From an uncultured Pelagibacteraceae bacterium (GTDB taxonomy: Bacteria; Pseudomonadota; Alphaproteobacteria; Pelagibacterales; Pelagibacteraceae): 64,000 nucleotides of DNA. A program made the position numbers and the translations under genes. Each line of letters begins with the position of its first letter. The stretch's first letter is position 1. Of the stretch, positions 38,734-48,427 are shown one piece after another. The notes beneath the pieces are model-generated. The model was not told the DNA's origin and did no database searches. It was given only the letters and a program-made list of their open reading frames with translations. The DNA is taken from positions 6,174 to 70,173 of the forward strand of contig CACEXM010000004.1 in the NCBI GenBank assembly GCA_902563555.1, read 5' to 3'.

Positions 38734-39918
38734 TTATCTTAATTTTTTTTTATGAAAATTTATAAATTTTTCAACGTTAGATTTATTGAAGGATTTATTT
38801 TCCTCAAATGAAACCTTTTTCATTGAATATGCTTTACTTTTTGTAATTCTTGATTGAATAATAATATTTCCTTTATAAAGCTTAAGTTTTACAGTTCCAT
38901 TTACTTTATTTCTTTTGAGGTCGACGATTTTTTGAAGTTTAAACCTTTCTTTTGAAAACCAATATCCATTGTAAATTAATTCTGCATATCTAGACATGAT
39001 GGAGTCTTTTTTATGCATTGTGTTTTTGTCTAATGTTACAGACTCTATAGCTCTATGTGCATGAATAAGAAGTGTACCACCAGGTGTTTCATAAACTCCT
39101 CTAGATTTTATACCAAGAAATCTATTTTCAACTAAATCAACTCTTCCAATACCGTTTTTACCAGCTATTAAATTAAGTTTTGTTAAAATTTTCTCAGGAT
39201 TATATTTTTTTCCATTAATACCAACTGGGTCTCCATTTTTAAAATTTATGGATATAAATGTAGCCTTATTAGGAGCTTTCTCTGCAGAAACCGTTCTTTG
39301 AAAAATAATTTCTGGAGCAGAATTTTTAGGATTTTCTAAAACTTTTCCCTCGGTAGAGGTATGAAACAAGTTATCATCAACAGAAAAAGGTGTGGAACCT
39401 GCTTTATCTTTAGGTATGGGTATTTTGTATTTTTTTGCATATCTAATAAGATCTGTTCTAGATCTTAAATTCCAAATTCGCCAGGGTGCTATTATCTTAA
39501 TCTTTGGACCAAAAAAATGATAGCCAAGCTCAAATCTTACTTGATCATTTCCTTTACCGGTGGCTCCATGAGATACTGCATAAGCTTTATATTTTTTTGC
39601 AATTTTTATTTGATCTTTTGCTATTAAAGGTCTTGCAATTGAGGTACCCAATAAATATACGCCCTCATAAATCGCGTGACCTCTGATCATCGGAAAAACA
39701 TAATCTTTAACAAAAATATTTTTTAAGTCTTTTATTATAATATTTTTTACCCCAAATTTTTTTGCATTTTTGATTATCTTTTTTTTATCTATCACTTGAC
39801 CAATATCAGCCGTGTAACAGATTACTTCGGCATTATAATTTTTTTGAAGCCATTTAAGTATTATGGAGGTATCTAGTCCTCCAGAATAAGCTAATACAAT
39901 TCTTCTGTTTTGTGTCAT
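38734..39918 (-). CDS. argG: Argininosuccinate synthase
   Basis: LAYSGGLDTS, GTSIARP, HGATGKGNDQVRFE, KSRGVYETPGG. Confidence 0.97.
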   Translation of the reverse strand: MTQNRRIVLAYSGGLDTSIILKWLQKNYNAEVICYTADIGQVIDKKKIIKNAKKFGVKNIIIKDLKNIFVKDYVFPMIRGHAIYEGVYLLGTSIARPLIAKDQIKIAKKYKAYAVSHGATGKGNDQVRFELGYHFFGPKIKIIAPWRIWNLRSRTDLIRYAKKYKIPIPKDKAGSTPFSVDDNLFHTSTEGKVLENPKNSAPEIIFQRTVSAEKAPNKATFISINFKNGDPVGINGKKYNPEKILTKLNLIAGKNGIGRVDLVENRFLGIKSRGVYETPGGTLLIHAHRAIESVTLDKNTMHKKDSIMSRYAELIYNGYWFSKERFKLQKIVDLKRNKVNGTVKLKLYKGNIIIQSRITKSKAYSMKKVSFEENKSFNKSNVEKFINFHKKKLR

Positions 39919-39921
39919 TAA

Positions 39922-40434
39922 CTAACTACAAGCTTTTTTCGCTGTGTTATAAGCTTTAGTGAAACCTAATAATGAATAATGATCAATTGTTTGAGAACCT
40001 TTTTCGTTATAACCAGTAACCATAATTCTAGAACCTTTTTTCATAACCCTAACCATTATTTTTTCTTTTTTATTACTGGTCATCCAAGCAAAACCTTGTT
40101 GTTTGATATCAAATTTAAATTTGTTATTTCCAGATGTTGCAAGAACAGTATTATTTTTATTAAATTCATATCCAGCGGTAGTGCTTATTTCATTAGTAAT
40201 TTTTTCACCTGGTCTGAATGTCACAAACAGCCTTGCATCTCTTTTACTTGTTTTTGGAGATTGTAAAATTGGTGAGGATTGAGCAAAACAAACTTTACCC
40301 GATGTTTCTGCTAGCACTATGGTTTCCCAATCTTTATATTTTCCAATTTTTTTGAGATCTTCAGCTAGGGTTTTTGTAATTGAAAAAAAAATAAAAAATA
40401 AAGACAATAATAAAGTTTTTTTAATTATGGGCAT
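39922..40434 (-). CDS. Invasion-associated locus B (IalB) family protein
   Basis: Signal peptide, G.YKDW, CFA.S.P, D.YSL.GFTKA......C. Confidence 0.82.
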   Translation of the reverse strand: MPIIKKTLLLSLFFIFFSITKTLAEDLKKIGKYKDWETIVLAETSGKVCFAQSSPILQSPKTSKRDARLFVTFRPGEKITNEISTTAGYEFNKNNTVLATSGNNKFKFDIKQQGFAWMTSNKKEKIMVRVMKKGSRIMVTGYNEKGSQTIDHYSLLGFTKAYNTAKKACS

Positions 40435-41465
40435 GGGTTTGGGTATTTTTTTTGAATATTATTAATTTCATTTAGTATTTCACTTGATAGAGTTACATTT
40501 ACACTTTCTATATTTGTTTTCAACTGTTCCATTGTCGTTGCTCCAATAATTACACTTGTTACGAAAGGCTGAATCTCACAAAATTTTAAAGACATTTGGG
40601 TAAAATCAACGTTAAATTTTTTTGATATTTTATAATATTCCTCAATTGCGTTTTGACCATTTTCGTTTTTATATCTTGTAAAATCTTTAAATAGTTTCAT
40701 TCTTGATTTTTCAGGCAAATTATTATTCCTATATTTTCCCGTTAAGTAACCAAATGCTAGTGGTGAATAGGCTAACAATCCACTTTTCTCTCTTACTGAA
40801 ATTTCTGCTAATCCAACTTCATAAGATCTATTGAGTAAATTATAAGGGTTTTGAACAGACATCATTTTAGGAAGATTTTTTAACTTAGAGATTTCAAGAA
40901 ATTTTGACAAACCCCATGCTGTCTCGTTAGACAAACCTACATATCTAATTTTTCCCTGTTTAATAAAATTTTCTAGACTTTCAAGTATTTCCTCAAATGG
41001 TGTCCAGTCATTATCGTTTTCATCGTGCTCGTAACCGTGTTTTCCAAAAAAATTAGTATTTCTCTCAGGCCAATGAAGTTGATATAAATCTATGTAGTCT
41101 GTTTTTAACCTTTTAAGGCTTTCTTCTAAAGCATCTGAAATTTTCTTTTTTCCAAAATTATTTCCACCACCCCGAATATATTTATTTGAGGTATTTCCAC
41201 AGACTTTTGTAGCAATTACAACTTTGTCTCTTTTATTTGTTTTTTTAAACCAGTTTCCAATTATTCTCTCTGTTTCACCATAAGTTTCTTTTCTCATGGG
41301 AATTGAATAAATTTCTGCTGTATCCCAAAAGTTTACTCCATGATCTAATGCCCAGTCCATTTGCTCGAAACCTTCTTCTTCCGTATTTTGTTCTCCCCAG
41401 GTCATTGTACCGAGACAAATTGTACTAACGTCAAGATCAGTATTACCTAATTTTTTGTAATTCAT
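40425..41465 (-). CDS. NADP(H)-dependent aldo/keto reductase (Tas-like)
   Basis: LGTMTWGEQN, DTAE.Y, SL.RL.TDYIDLYQLHWP, GLSNET, AYSPL. Confidence 0.93.
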   Translation of the reverse strand: MNYKKLGNTDLDVSTICLGTMTWGEQNTEEEGFEQMDWALDHGVNFWDTAEIYSIPMRKETYGETERIIGNWFKKTNKRDKVVIATKVCGNTSNKYIRGGGNNFGKKKISDALEESLKRLKTDYIDLYQLHWPERNTNFFGKHGYEHDENDNDWTPFEEILESLENFIKQGKIRYVGLSNETAWGLSKFLEISKLKNLPKMMSVQNPYNLLNRSYEVGLAEISVREKSGLLAYSPLAFGYLTGKYRNNNLPEKSRMKLFKDFTRYKNENGQNAIEEYYKISKKFNVDFTQMSLKFCEIQPFVTSVIIGATTMEQLKTNIESVNVTLSSEILNEINNIQKKYPNPCP

Positions 41466-41546
41466 TGTGGTTTTAAAGTGTTAATATTTATTAATCTTTT
41501 AAGGTATCTTGAATAATTAGTAAAAGACTATATATCTATATCAATT

Positions 41547-42311
41547 ATGGAATTTGATAAAAAAGGAATTTTAGCAAGAGCAAAAGCTGCAGCGCAAGAG
41601 ACAACTGCGGTTATGGATGAAGGCTTAAGAGCCTATATGTTAAAAGTTTACAATTATATGGCAACCGGTGTTCTTTTAACTGGGATTGTAGCTTTATTAT
41701 CCTTTAAGATGTCGGTAGTAACTGATGCAGGTGGTTCTATTGTTGCATTAACGAGTTTTGGTTCAACAATTTATATGTCCGGATTGAAATGGGTTGTAAT
41801 GTTAGCTCCATTAGCAATTGTGTTTTACATGAGTTTTGGAATAAATAAAATGAGTGCTGGAAAAGCACAAACTACTTTTTGGGTTTTTGCTGCATTAATG
41901 GGATTATCTCTTTCATCAATATTATTAGTGTATACTGGTTTGAGTGTAACTAGAGTTTTCTTCATATCTTCAGCAACTTTTGGTGCGATGAGCATTTATG
42001 GATATACAACAAAAAGAGACTTAACGAAATTGGGTTCTTTCTTAATGATGGGATTGATTGGAATTATCATTGCTTCGTTGGTAAATATTTTCATGAAATC
42101 ATCTATGATGTATTTTGTAATTTCAATTTTAGGTGTGCTTATATTTGTTGGATTAACCGCTTATGATACACAAAAAATAAAAAATATGTATGTAGCAAGT
42201 GATACTGGTGAATTAATGGGTAAAAAGGCTGTAATGGGTGCTTTAACCTTATATCTTGATTTCATAAATCTATTTATTATGCTTCTTAGACTTTTTGGTC
42301 AAAGAAGATAA
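41547..42311 (+). CDS. Bax inhibitor-1/YccA family membrane protein
   Basis: GLR.YML.VY, YGYTTKRDL, TAYDTQKIK, GAL.LYLDFINLF. Confidence 0.95.
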   Translation: MEFDKKGILARAKAAAQETTAVMDEGLRAYMLKVYNYMATGVLLTGIVALLSFKMSVVTDAGGSIVALTSFGSTIYMSGLKWVVMLAPLAIVFYMSFGINKMSAGKAQTTFWVFAALMGLSLSSILLVYTGLSVTRVFFISSATFGAMSIYGYTTKRDLTKLGSFLMMGLIGIIIASLVNIFMKSSMMYFVISILGVLIFVGLTAYDTQKIKNMYVASDTGELMGKKAVMGALTLYLDFINLFIMLLRLFGQRR

Positions 42312-42313
42312 CG

Positions 42314-42661
42314 TTAATCTGAAAGTTTTTTCCAATTAGTTTTTTTCAGCAAATTACTTAGATTGTCAGAATTTTTTAAAATCTTGCCATTTGTATCAGT
42401 AATCAAATATCTTAAATTTTTGTTTTTTGGTTTAAAATTTTTACAGATTTTATATAGAGCGTTTTCAGCAGCATTCTTAAAAACACTAAACCCAACCTGT
42501 CTGCTGGAAATATTTAATCCATAATCTTTCCAAGATCCTTCAGAAACCATTTTAGCATATAAATCCAGAATTATTTTAAGTTCGTTTTTTTCAAAAAAAT
42601 ATTTTTCATCGATGCTTTTATTGTGTGTATTATTTATGATTAATCGTAAGTTGTTATTCAT
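42314..42661 (-). CDS. DUF2794 family protein
   Basis: F...EL..IL.LY..MV..G.W.DY, FSVF..A.E..LY.I.K. Confidence 0.85.
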   Translation of the reverse strand: MNNNLRLIINNTHNKSIDEKYFFEKNELKIILDLYAKMVSEGSWKDYGLNISSRQVGFSVFKNAAENALYKICKNFKPKNKNLRYLITDTNGKILKNSDNLSNLLKKTNWKKLSD

Positions 42662-43205
42662 TAATTTTATATTTATTAATTAAACTGATCTGAAAAGCAG
42701 TGAAAATAAATGTGATAGGTAATAGGCCCCATACTTTAAAGTTAACCCAAAACTCCTCAGTTTGAGTTCTCCATACTAACTCATTCAAAACTGCCAATCC
42801 AAAGAAAAAATATATCCATCTTTTATTCAATATTTCCCAGCCTGTATTTGATAATGAAATTGAACCACCCATAATTTTTTTAAGCACAGGCTCTTTCGTA
42901 AAATATCTACCAAATATTAGAGATAATCCGAATAAGATATTTATAATAGTTGGTTTAATATAAATGAAAACTGGATTATCAAAATAGATAGTCAGTCCAC
43001 CAAATAATGTAATTAGTATTCCACTAATTAAAGGAACTTTAGGAATTTTTTTCTCTAGCATCCACATAATTATTAGTGCAATAATAGTTGCAATTATGAA
43101 AGGTGGTATCGCAATCTTTAAATCTTTGTCACTATCGTAATAGTAGTAAAAAAAAATTATAAGCGGTCCAAAATCTGTAAGAAATTTAATTAAGGATTTA
43201 TTCAC
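42654..43205 (-). CDS. ispZ: Inner-membrane protein YciB/IspZ (GTG start at 43205)
   Basis: DFGPL..FF, FGGLT, FI..KPTII, NE.VWR, WVNFKVWG. Confidence 0.9.
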   Translation of the reverse strand: MNKSLIKFLTDFGPLIIFFYYYYDSDKDLKIAIPPFIIATIIALIIMWMLEKKIPKVPLISGILITLFGGLTIYFDNPVFIYIKPTIINILFGLSLIFGRYFTKEPVLKKIMGGSISLSNTGWEILNKRWIYFFFGLAVLNELVWRTQTEEFWVNFKVWGLLPITFIFTAFQISLINKYKINE

Positions 43206-43293
43206 AAAAAAGATATTAACATAAATAAAATTTAACAAAAACTTTATATTTTTTCCTATTGATTTTTATTTTTAAATACCCATACTCTCTTCA

Positions 43294-43614
43294 ATGGCAA
43301 TTCAAAAAGCAAAATTTTCAATTGGTGACATTGTAAAACATAAACATTTTGAATTTAGAGGTGTAATTTATGATGTTGATTTTGAATTTAACAATTCTGA
43401 GGAGTGGTATCAGTCTATTCCGAAAAATGTTAGACCAAGAAAAGATCAACCATTTTATCATTTATTGGCTGAAAATGATGAAATTACATATGAGGCGTAT
43501 GTCTCAGAGCAGAATTTATTAGTAGACGATTCTAATGAGCCCATAAAACACCCGCTTATTGAGGAAATTTTTTCTGGTAAAAAAGGCTCAAGTTATTTCA
43601 AGCAATCTAACTAA
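43294..43614 (+). CDS. hspQ: Heat shock protein HspQ
   Basis: AKF.IG..V.H..F.FRGV..DVD, P.KDQPFYHLLAEN, AYVSEQNL. Confidence 0.92.
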   Translation: MAIQKAKFSIGDIVKHKHFEFRGVIYDVDFEFNNSEEWYQSIPKNVRPRKDQPFYHLLAENDEITYEAYVSEQNLLVDDSNEPIKHPLIEEIFSGKKGSSYFKQSN

Positions 43615-43787
43615 AATTCATTTTTTAAACACAATTAGCTCAAAACTTAGACACACGATCCTTTTAAAAATAATACAATTCGATCAAGGATGCTAAAGTT
43701 TTACCCTTCGTTATTATCTCCCTCTGCATTCTTGATCGGATAATTTTTCACATTATATTCAGCGTATGAATTAGTATATATCTTTAT

Positions 43788-44495
43788 ATGTTTAAACACT
43801 TTGAACCAAACAAAATATTTTCAATCACTTCCAAAGCCCCGAGATATGTCCTTTATCTACTTGTAATCGTTTTGACTATCGGTCTTATTGAGTCTTTATT
43901 ATTGTCCCCCGAGGACTATTTGCAAAGTCATACTGTTAGAATTATGTATGTTCATGTACCCGCAGCATGGTTAGCACTTGGAATTTTTTCTTCAATTACA
44001 TTTTTATCAGTAACTGGTTATATTTTTAAATTAAAAAACTTTTTTTTGATCGCTAAAAGTTTAGCTCCATCAGGTTTCATCTTTAATATTATTGCTTTAG
44101 TCACAGGATCTATTTGGGGTAAACCAACATGGGGAACATGGTGGGCTTGGGATGCTAGAATTACTTCTATGTTAATTCTTGCACTTTTTTATTTAATGTT
44201 TTTAATGGCTTGGAGAATTTATGATAAAAAAGAACAAGTTTTTAAAATTACCTCAATCATAACAGTTTTAGGAATAATAAATGTTCCAATTATTAAGTAC
44301 TCTGTAGATTGGTGGAATACGCTTCATCAGCCAGCATCAATAAATATTTTGTCAAAATCTACAATTCATTCTTCAATGTTGGTACCTTTGATGATTATGA
44401 CTGCGGCATTTGCCCTATTCTCGTTGTTAATTTTTTTAATGAAATATAATACAGAACTGATAAAAATAAAAAACAAGGGTTTAGACAGATTATGA
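43788..44495 (+). CDS. ccmC: Heme exporter permease CcmC
   Basis: YVHVP.AW, TGSIWGKPTWGTWWAWDARITS, SV.WWNTLHQ. Confidence 0.96.
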   Translation: MFKHFEPNKIFSITSKAPRYVLYLLVIVLTIGLIESLLLSPEDYLQSHTVRIMYVHVPAAWLALGIFSSITFLSVTGYIFKLKNFFLIAKSLAPSGFIFNIIALVTGSIWGKPTWGTWWAWDARITSMLILALFYLMFLMAWRIYDKKEQVFKITSIITVLGIINVPIIKYSVDWWNTLHQPASINILSKSTIHSSMLVPLMIMTAAFALFSLLIFLMKYNTELIKIKNKGLDRL

Positions 44496-44719
44496 TTACT
44501 GAATTATTTTATATGAGTGGATATGGAATTTATGTTTGGAGTTCATTTGCTTTTACTTTTTTAAGTTTTATTTCTTTATATGTCGTTACTAAGAATCAGT
44601 ATGAAAAAGAAAAAAATAAGTTTATAGCTAAATTTGGGAACCTAAACGCTGAAAGAGCTGCCTCTGCTAAACTACAAAGAATTAATAGAGAGATTTTGTC
44701 CAACACTTCAACAATTTAA
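44492..44719 (+). CDS. ccmD: Heme exporter protein CcmD
   Basis: M.GYG.YVW.S single TM helix between ccmC and ccmE. Confidence 0.85.
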   Translation: MITELFYMSGYGIYVWSSFAFTFLSFISLYVVTKNQYEKEKNKFIAKFGNLNAERAASAKLQRINREILSNTSTI

Positions 44720-44730
44720 CTTTTTAAGCC

Positions 44731-45150
44731 ATGTATGGTCGTAAAGTTAAACTAAGATTTTTTTTCATTTTCTTAATTATTGTTACATTAAGTTTGACAG
44801 TATTTCTTATTCTAAAATCTTTGGAAGAAAATGTTATTTATTTTAAATCTCCGTCTGAGGTAAAAGTTTTATCTGAAAAGCAGCAGAAAAAAATTAGAAT
44901 TGGAGGAATGGTAAAAACTGACTCGATTTCTATTGTAAATAAAGAATTAAGTTTTGTTATCACAGACTTTAAAAGTGAAATTAATGTTGTTTATTCAGGA
45001 CTAATACCTAATCTTTTTGAAGAAGGTAAAGGTGTTGTTGCAGAAGGATTTTTAAAAGATGAAAATTTTTTTTCGGCAACTAAAATTTTAGCTAAACATG
45101 ACGAAAATTATATGCCTCCCGAAGTTAAGGCTGCTTTAGAGGAGAAATAA
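44731..45150 (+). CDS. ccmE: Heme chaperone CcmE
   Basis: [27 protein letters not shown]. Confidence 0.95.
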   Translation: MYGRKVKLRFFFIFLIIVTLSLTVFLILKSLEENVIYFKSPSEVKVLSEKQQKKIRIGGMVKTDSISIVNKELSFVITDFKSEINVVYSGLIPNLFEEGKGVVAEGFLKDENFFSATKILAKHDENYMPPEVKAALEEK

Positions 45151-45151
45151 A

Positions 45152-47029
45152 ATGTCAAGCTTAATTGGATATTATTCTTTAATTTTTGGTGTTGGCATTT
45201 CAATTCTAGTTATATTCTTTTCAATTAAAAATTTTAATGACACTCAAAATCTTGATATTAAAGTAATATCATTAGTCTTCTTACAACTTTTGTTCGTGAT
45301 AATAAGTTTCTCAGGTTTAATTTTATCTTTTGCAAACTCTGATTTTAGTAATGAGACAGTTTTTAATCACTCCCACACGACTAAGCCTCTTTTTTATAAA
45401 ATCTCTGGTACTTGGGGCAATCATGAAGGAAGTCTATTACTATGGTTGTTAGTTTTAACATTATTTATATTTGTTTTTTTGTTGAAATCCAAAAATCAAC
45501 CAAACCAATATAGAATTTTAACTTTATTATTTCAGCAAATAATTATAGTAGGTTTTTTTATTTTTCTGATACAGACCTCTAATCCTTTTAATCATATTTT
45601 TCCGGTCCCAAAAGAGGGATTAGGTTTAAATCCTATATTGCAAGACCCTGCATTAGCAATTCACCCACCAATTTTATATTTAGGGTACGTTGGAACCTCT
45701 ATAATTTTTTCCTCGGCACTTGCAGCAGTTTGTTCAAATAATATTACAAAAATGTGGGCGTCACATATAAAAAAATGGGTTTTAGTCTCTTGGATTTTCT
45801 TAACTTTAGGAATTTTACTTGGATCTATTTGGGCTTATTATGAGTTAGGTTGGGGAGGTTTTTGGTTTTGGGATCCGGTTGAAAATGTATCTTTAATGCC
45901 GTGGTTTGCACTAACAACTTTATTACATTGCGTACTAGTTTTAGAAAAGAAACTAATTCTTACCTCGTGGGTTGTTATTTTATCAATTGCAACTTTTACC
46001 TTAAGTATGTGTGGTACTTTTCTGGTTCGGTCGGGTATTTTAAATTCTGTCCACACATTTGCCAACGATCCAGAAAGAGGTTTGTATATTCTAATATTTT
46101 TATTTATTTTGATATTCTTATCTTTTTTTATTTTTTTAATTTTTCATAAAAGCGAAAACAATAACACCAAAACTTTCTATTTATTAAGCAAGGAAACATC
46201 AATATTAGTAAATAATTGGTTTATGATGTATTTTTTATCTGTTGTTTTAATCGGTACAATTTATCCGATATTTTTAGAAGTAATTTCATCTCAAAAAATA
46301 TCTGTAGGTCCACCATTTTTTAACAAATTGATACTACCTTTTTTAATTCCTTTTATGTTGGCGATGGCAATAGGTCCTAAATTAAAGTGGATTAAATCAG
46401 ATCTTGAAGACAAAATTTATTTAATTTTGTTTTTTATTATTTCTTTAATTTTATCCATATTGATAATTAGAAATTTAGATATTAATTTTCTTTATAATAC
46501 AGTTTTAATCACTGCAGCTTTTTATTTGTTTTTTATTACTCTTAGAGATTTTTTTTATGCAAAATATAGAAACCTATCACAAATAATAGCGCATTTTAGT
46601 TTTAGCATTTTAATACTAAGTATTTTATTTAATAATATTTTCTCATCTGAAATTATTACAAATTTAAAAATTAATGAGACTTACCAAGATCAAAATTTGA
46701 AGATTAATTTTGAAAGCATTGAGCAAGAAAATAAACAAAATTTTAAAGCTATTAAGGGAAAGTTTACTGTAGAGGATCAAAGTGGATTAATTGAAGTGAT
46801 GCAACCTGAATTAAGAATATATAATCAACCAAATATTATTACTAGTGAAGCAGATATTAAAACAAATATATTCACTGATAAATTTATGACAATGAATTAT
46901 GTCCAAAATCAAGATTATTTTAATATTCGTTATCAAGTAAAACCATTTATGATTTGGATTTGGATTTCTACAATTCTATTGTGTTTCAGTGGTAGTTTAA
47001 GTTTTATTAGAAAAAAGTATGAAAGCTAA
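45152..47029 (+). CDS. ccmF: Cytochrome c heme lyase CcmF
   Basis: W..HEGS.LLW, GLNP.LQ, HPP.LY.GY, WAYYELGWGGFWFWDPVEN, SVH.FA.DP. Confidence 0.97.
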   Translation: MSSLIGYYSLIFGVGISILVIFFSIKNFNDTQNLDIKVISLVFLQLLFVIISFSGLILSFANSDFSNETVFNHSHTTKPLFYKISGTWGNHEGSLLLWLLVLTLFIFVFLLKSKNQPNQYRILTLLFQQIIIVGFFIFLIQTSNPFNHIFPVPKEGLGLNPILQDPALAIHPPILYLGYVGTSIIFSSALAAVCSNNITKMWASHIKKWVLVSWIFLTLGILLGSIWAYYELGWGGFWFWDPVENVSLMPWFALTTLLHCVLVLEKKLILTSWVVILSIATFTLSMCGTFLVRSGILNSVHTFANDPERGLYILIFLFILIFLSFFIFLIFHKSENNNTKTFYLLSKETSILVNNWFMMYFLSVVLIGTIYPIFLEVISSQKISVGPPFFNKLILPFLIPFMLAMAIGPKLKWIKSDLEDKIYLILFFIISLILSILIIRNLDINFLYNTVLITAAFYLFFITLRDFFYAKYRNLSQIIAHFSFSILILSILFNNIFSSEIITNLKINETYQDQNLKINFESIEQENKQNFKAIKGKFTVEDQSGLIEVMQPELRIYNQPNIITSEADIKTNIFTDKFMTMNYVQNQDYFNIRYQVKPFMIWIWISTILLCFSGSLSFIRKKYES

Positions 47030-47537
47030 AATTTTTCCTATATTCTTAATCATTACATTCTCAATAATTTTTTATATTTTTTATAAGGGTTTACAAAATT
47101 CTAATATTTATACTCCTGAAATTAAATCAGAAATTAAAATTCCAAGTTTTGAAGCAAAAGAATTTTTTTCAAAAAACACCATAAATTCAGATCAAATTTT
47201 TATAGGGAGTGAATTCTATTTATTAAATATTTGGGCCTCGTGGTGTATTCCTTGTAAAGAGGAACATAAGTATTTAATGGATTTAAGTAAAAAAGAAAAT
47301 ATTAAAATTATTGGACAAAATTACAAAGATAATTTTGTCAATGCTAAAAATTTTTTGATAAAGTTAGATAATCCATACGATTTAATTTTTTCTGATAATG
47401 ATGGCACGATAGCAATTGAATGGGGTGCATATGGAGTACCTGAAAGCTTTTTGATCAAAAATAATCAAATAATAAAAAAAATAATTGGTCCTTTGAATGA
47501 AAAATTATTTTCTGAGATAAAAGAATTGACCCAATGA
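47019..47537 (+). CDS. ccmG: Thiol:disulfide oxidoreductase CcmG/DsbE
   Basis: NIWASWCIPC..EH, YGVPE. Confidence 0.92.
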   Translation: MKAKIFPIFLIITFSIIFYIFYKGLQNSNIYTPEIKSEIKIPSFEAKEFFSKNTINSDQIFIGSEFYLLNIWASWCIPCKEEHKYLMDLSKKENIKIIGQNYKDNFVNAKNFLIKLDNPYDLIFSDNDGTIAIEWGAYGVPESFLIKNNQIIKKIIGPLNEKLFSEIKELTQ

Positions 47538-47905
47538 ATATTTTAAAGCTTTTAATTACAGTTATTTTTTTGATTAATTTTTATTCCTCTGATTTAAAAG
47601 CTAAAAATTTAGGAACCGAAATTACAAAAAATTTAAGATGTTTAATTTGTCAAGGACAATCAGTATATGACTCAGATTCTGAATTTGCTAATAGCTTAAA
47701 AATTTTGGTAGAAAAAAAATTAGATGATGGTTTAAATGAAAAACAGATATACGATTATTTGAAAAATAAATATGGAGATTGGATTTTGTATGATCCAGGA
47801 TTCAATAAAAACACCTATTTTCTTTGGTTATTGCCGATATTGATGTTTGTATTTGGTGGTGCAATAATACTTAGAAAAGTTATATTAAAAAAAAAAAAAT
47901 TATGA
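47534..47905 (+). CDS. ccmH: Cytochrome c biogenesis protein CcmH
   Basis: LRCLICQGQS, YG..ILY.P, LW..P. Confidence 0.92.
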   Translation: MNILKLLITVIFLINFYSSDLKAKNLGTEITKNLRCLICQGQSVYDSDSEFANSLKILVEKKLDDGLNEKQIYDYLKNKYGDWILYDPGFNKNTYFLWLLPILMFVFGGAIILRKVILKKKKL

Positions 47906-48417
47906 AACATTTAAGAATTTGTTACCTGGTTATATTAACTTTTTTAATTTCTTCCTCAGTTTTTGCGGAAGATACTAAAGTTAATGACGATAATACAAGG
48001 TTTAATATTTATTCGGGTATGTTTGATTTTAGTGATAATGGAAAGAGATCAACTTTAATTGGTTTCCAACACCAAAATACTGATTTAAATAGAGATACTT
48101 TTCTTGGTAATCTTTCTCCAATAACAGGTTTTATGTTTACCGCTGATAGTGCGGCTTATTTATATACCGGCATACAAGCACAATATTCTTTGGGAGCATT
48201 AAATATTACACCTAGTTTTACTCCAGGTCTTTATAATCAGGGAGATGGGAAAGACCTTGGACACTTACTGGAATTCAAAAGTGAAGTTCAAATTTCATTA
48301 GATTTTTTAAAAAATAGCCAATTAGGCTTTTCATATAACCATTTATCCAATGCTAGCTTAGGTGATAAGAATCCTGGGGCAAATAGTTATATGTTTAATT
48401 TTTTTAAAACCTTTTAA
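47902..48417 (+). CDS. PagL-like acyloxyacyl hydrolase (outer-membrane beta-barrel)
   Basis: Signal peptide, GKDLG..LEF.S, HLSNA.LG..NPG.N, C-terminal Phe. Confidence 0.85.
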   Translation: MKHLRICYLVILTFLISSSVFAEDTKVNDDNTRFNIYSGMFDFSDNGKRSTLIGFQHQNTDLNRDTFLGNLSPITGFMFTADSAAYLYTGIQAQYSLGALNITPSFTPGLYNQGDGKDLGHLLEFKSEVQISLDFLKNSQLGFSYNHLSNASLGDKNPGANSYMFNFFKTF

Positions 48418-48427
48418 AAAAACATTT

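Noticed and set aside
43648-43751. Small ORF or pseudogene on the minus strand of the hspQ-ccmC spacer
   Set aside because: Frames are at most about 21 codons or are broken by stops, with no recognisable motif; an RNA structure explains the region better
47887-47899. Long poly-A and poly-T tracts as phase-variation sites (also near 25836)
   Set aside because: In-frame Lys codon runs expected in very AT-rich DNA; reading frames are intact
43788-47905. ccm operon lacking ccmA, ccmB and ccmI as a defective system
   Set aside because: Split ccm loci are common in alphaproteobacteria; absence cannot be judged from one window
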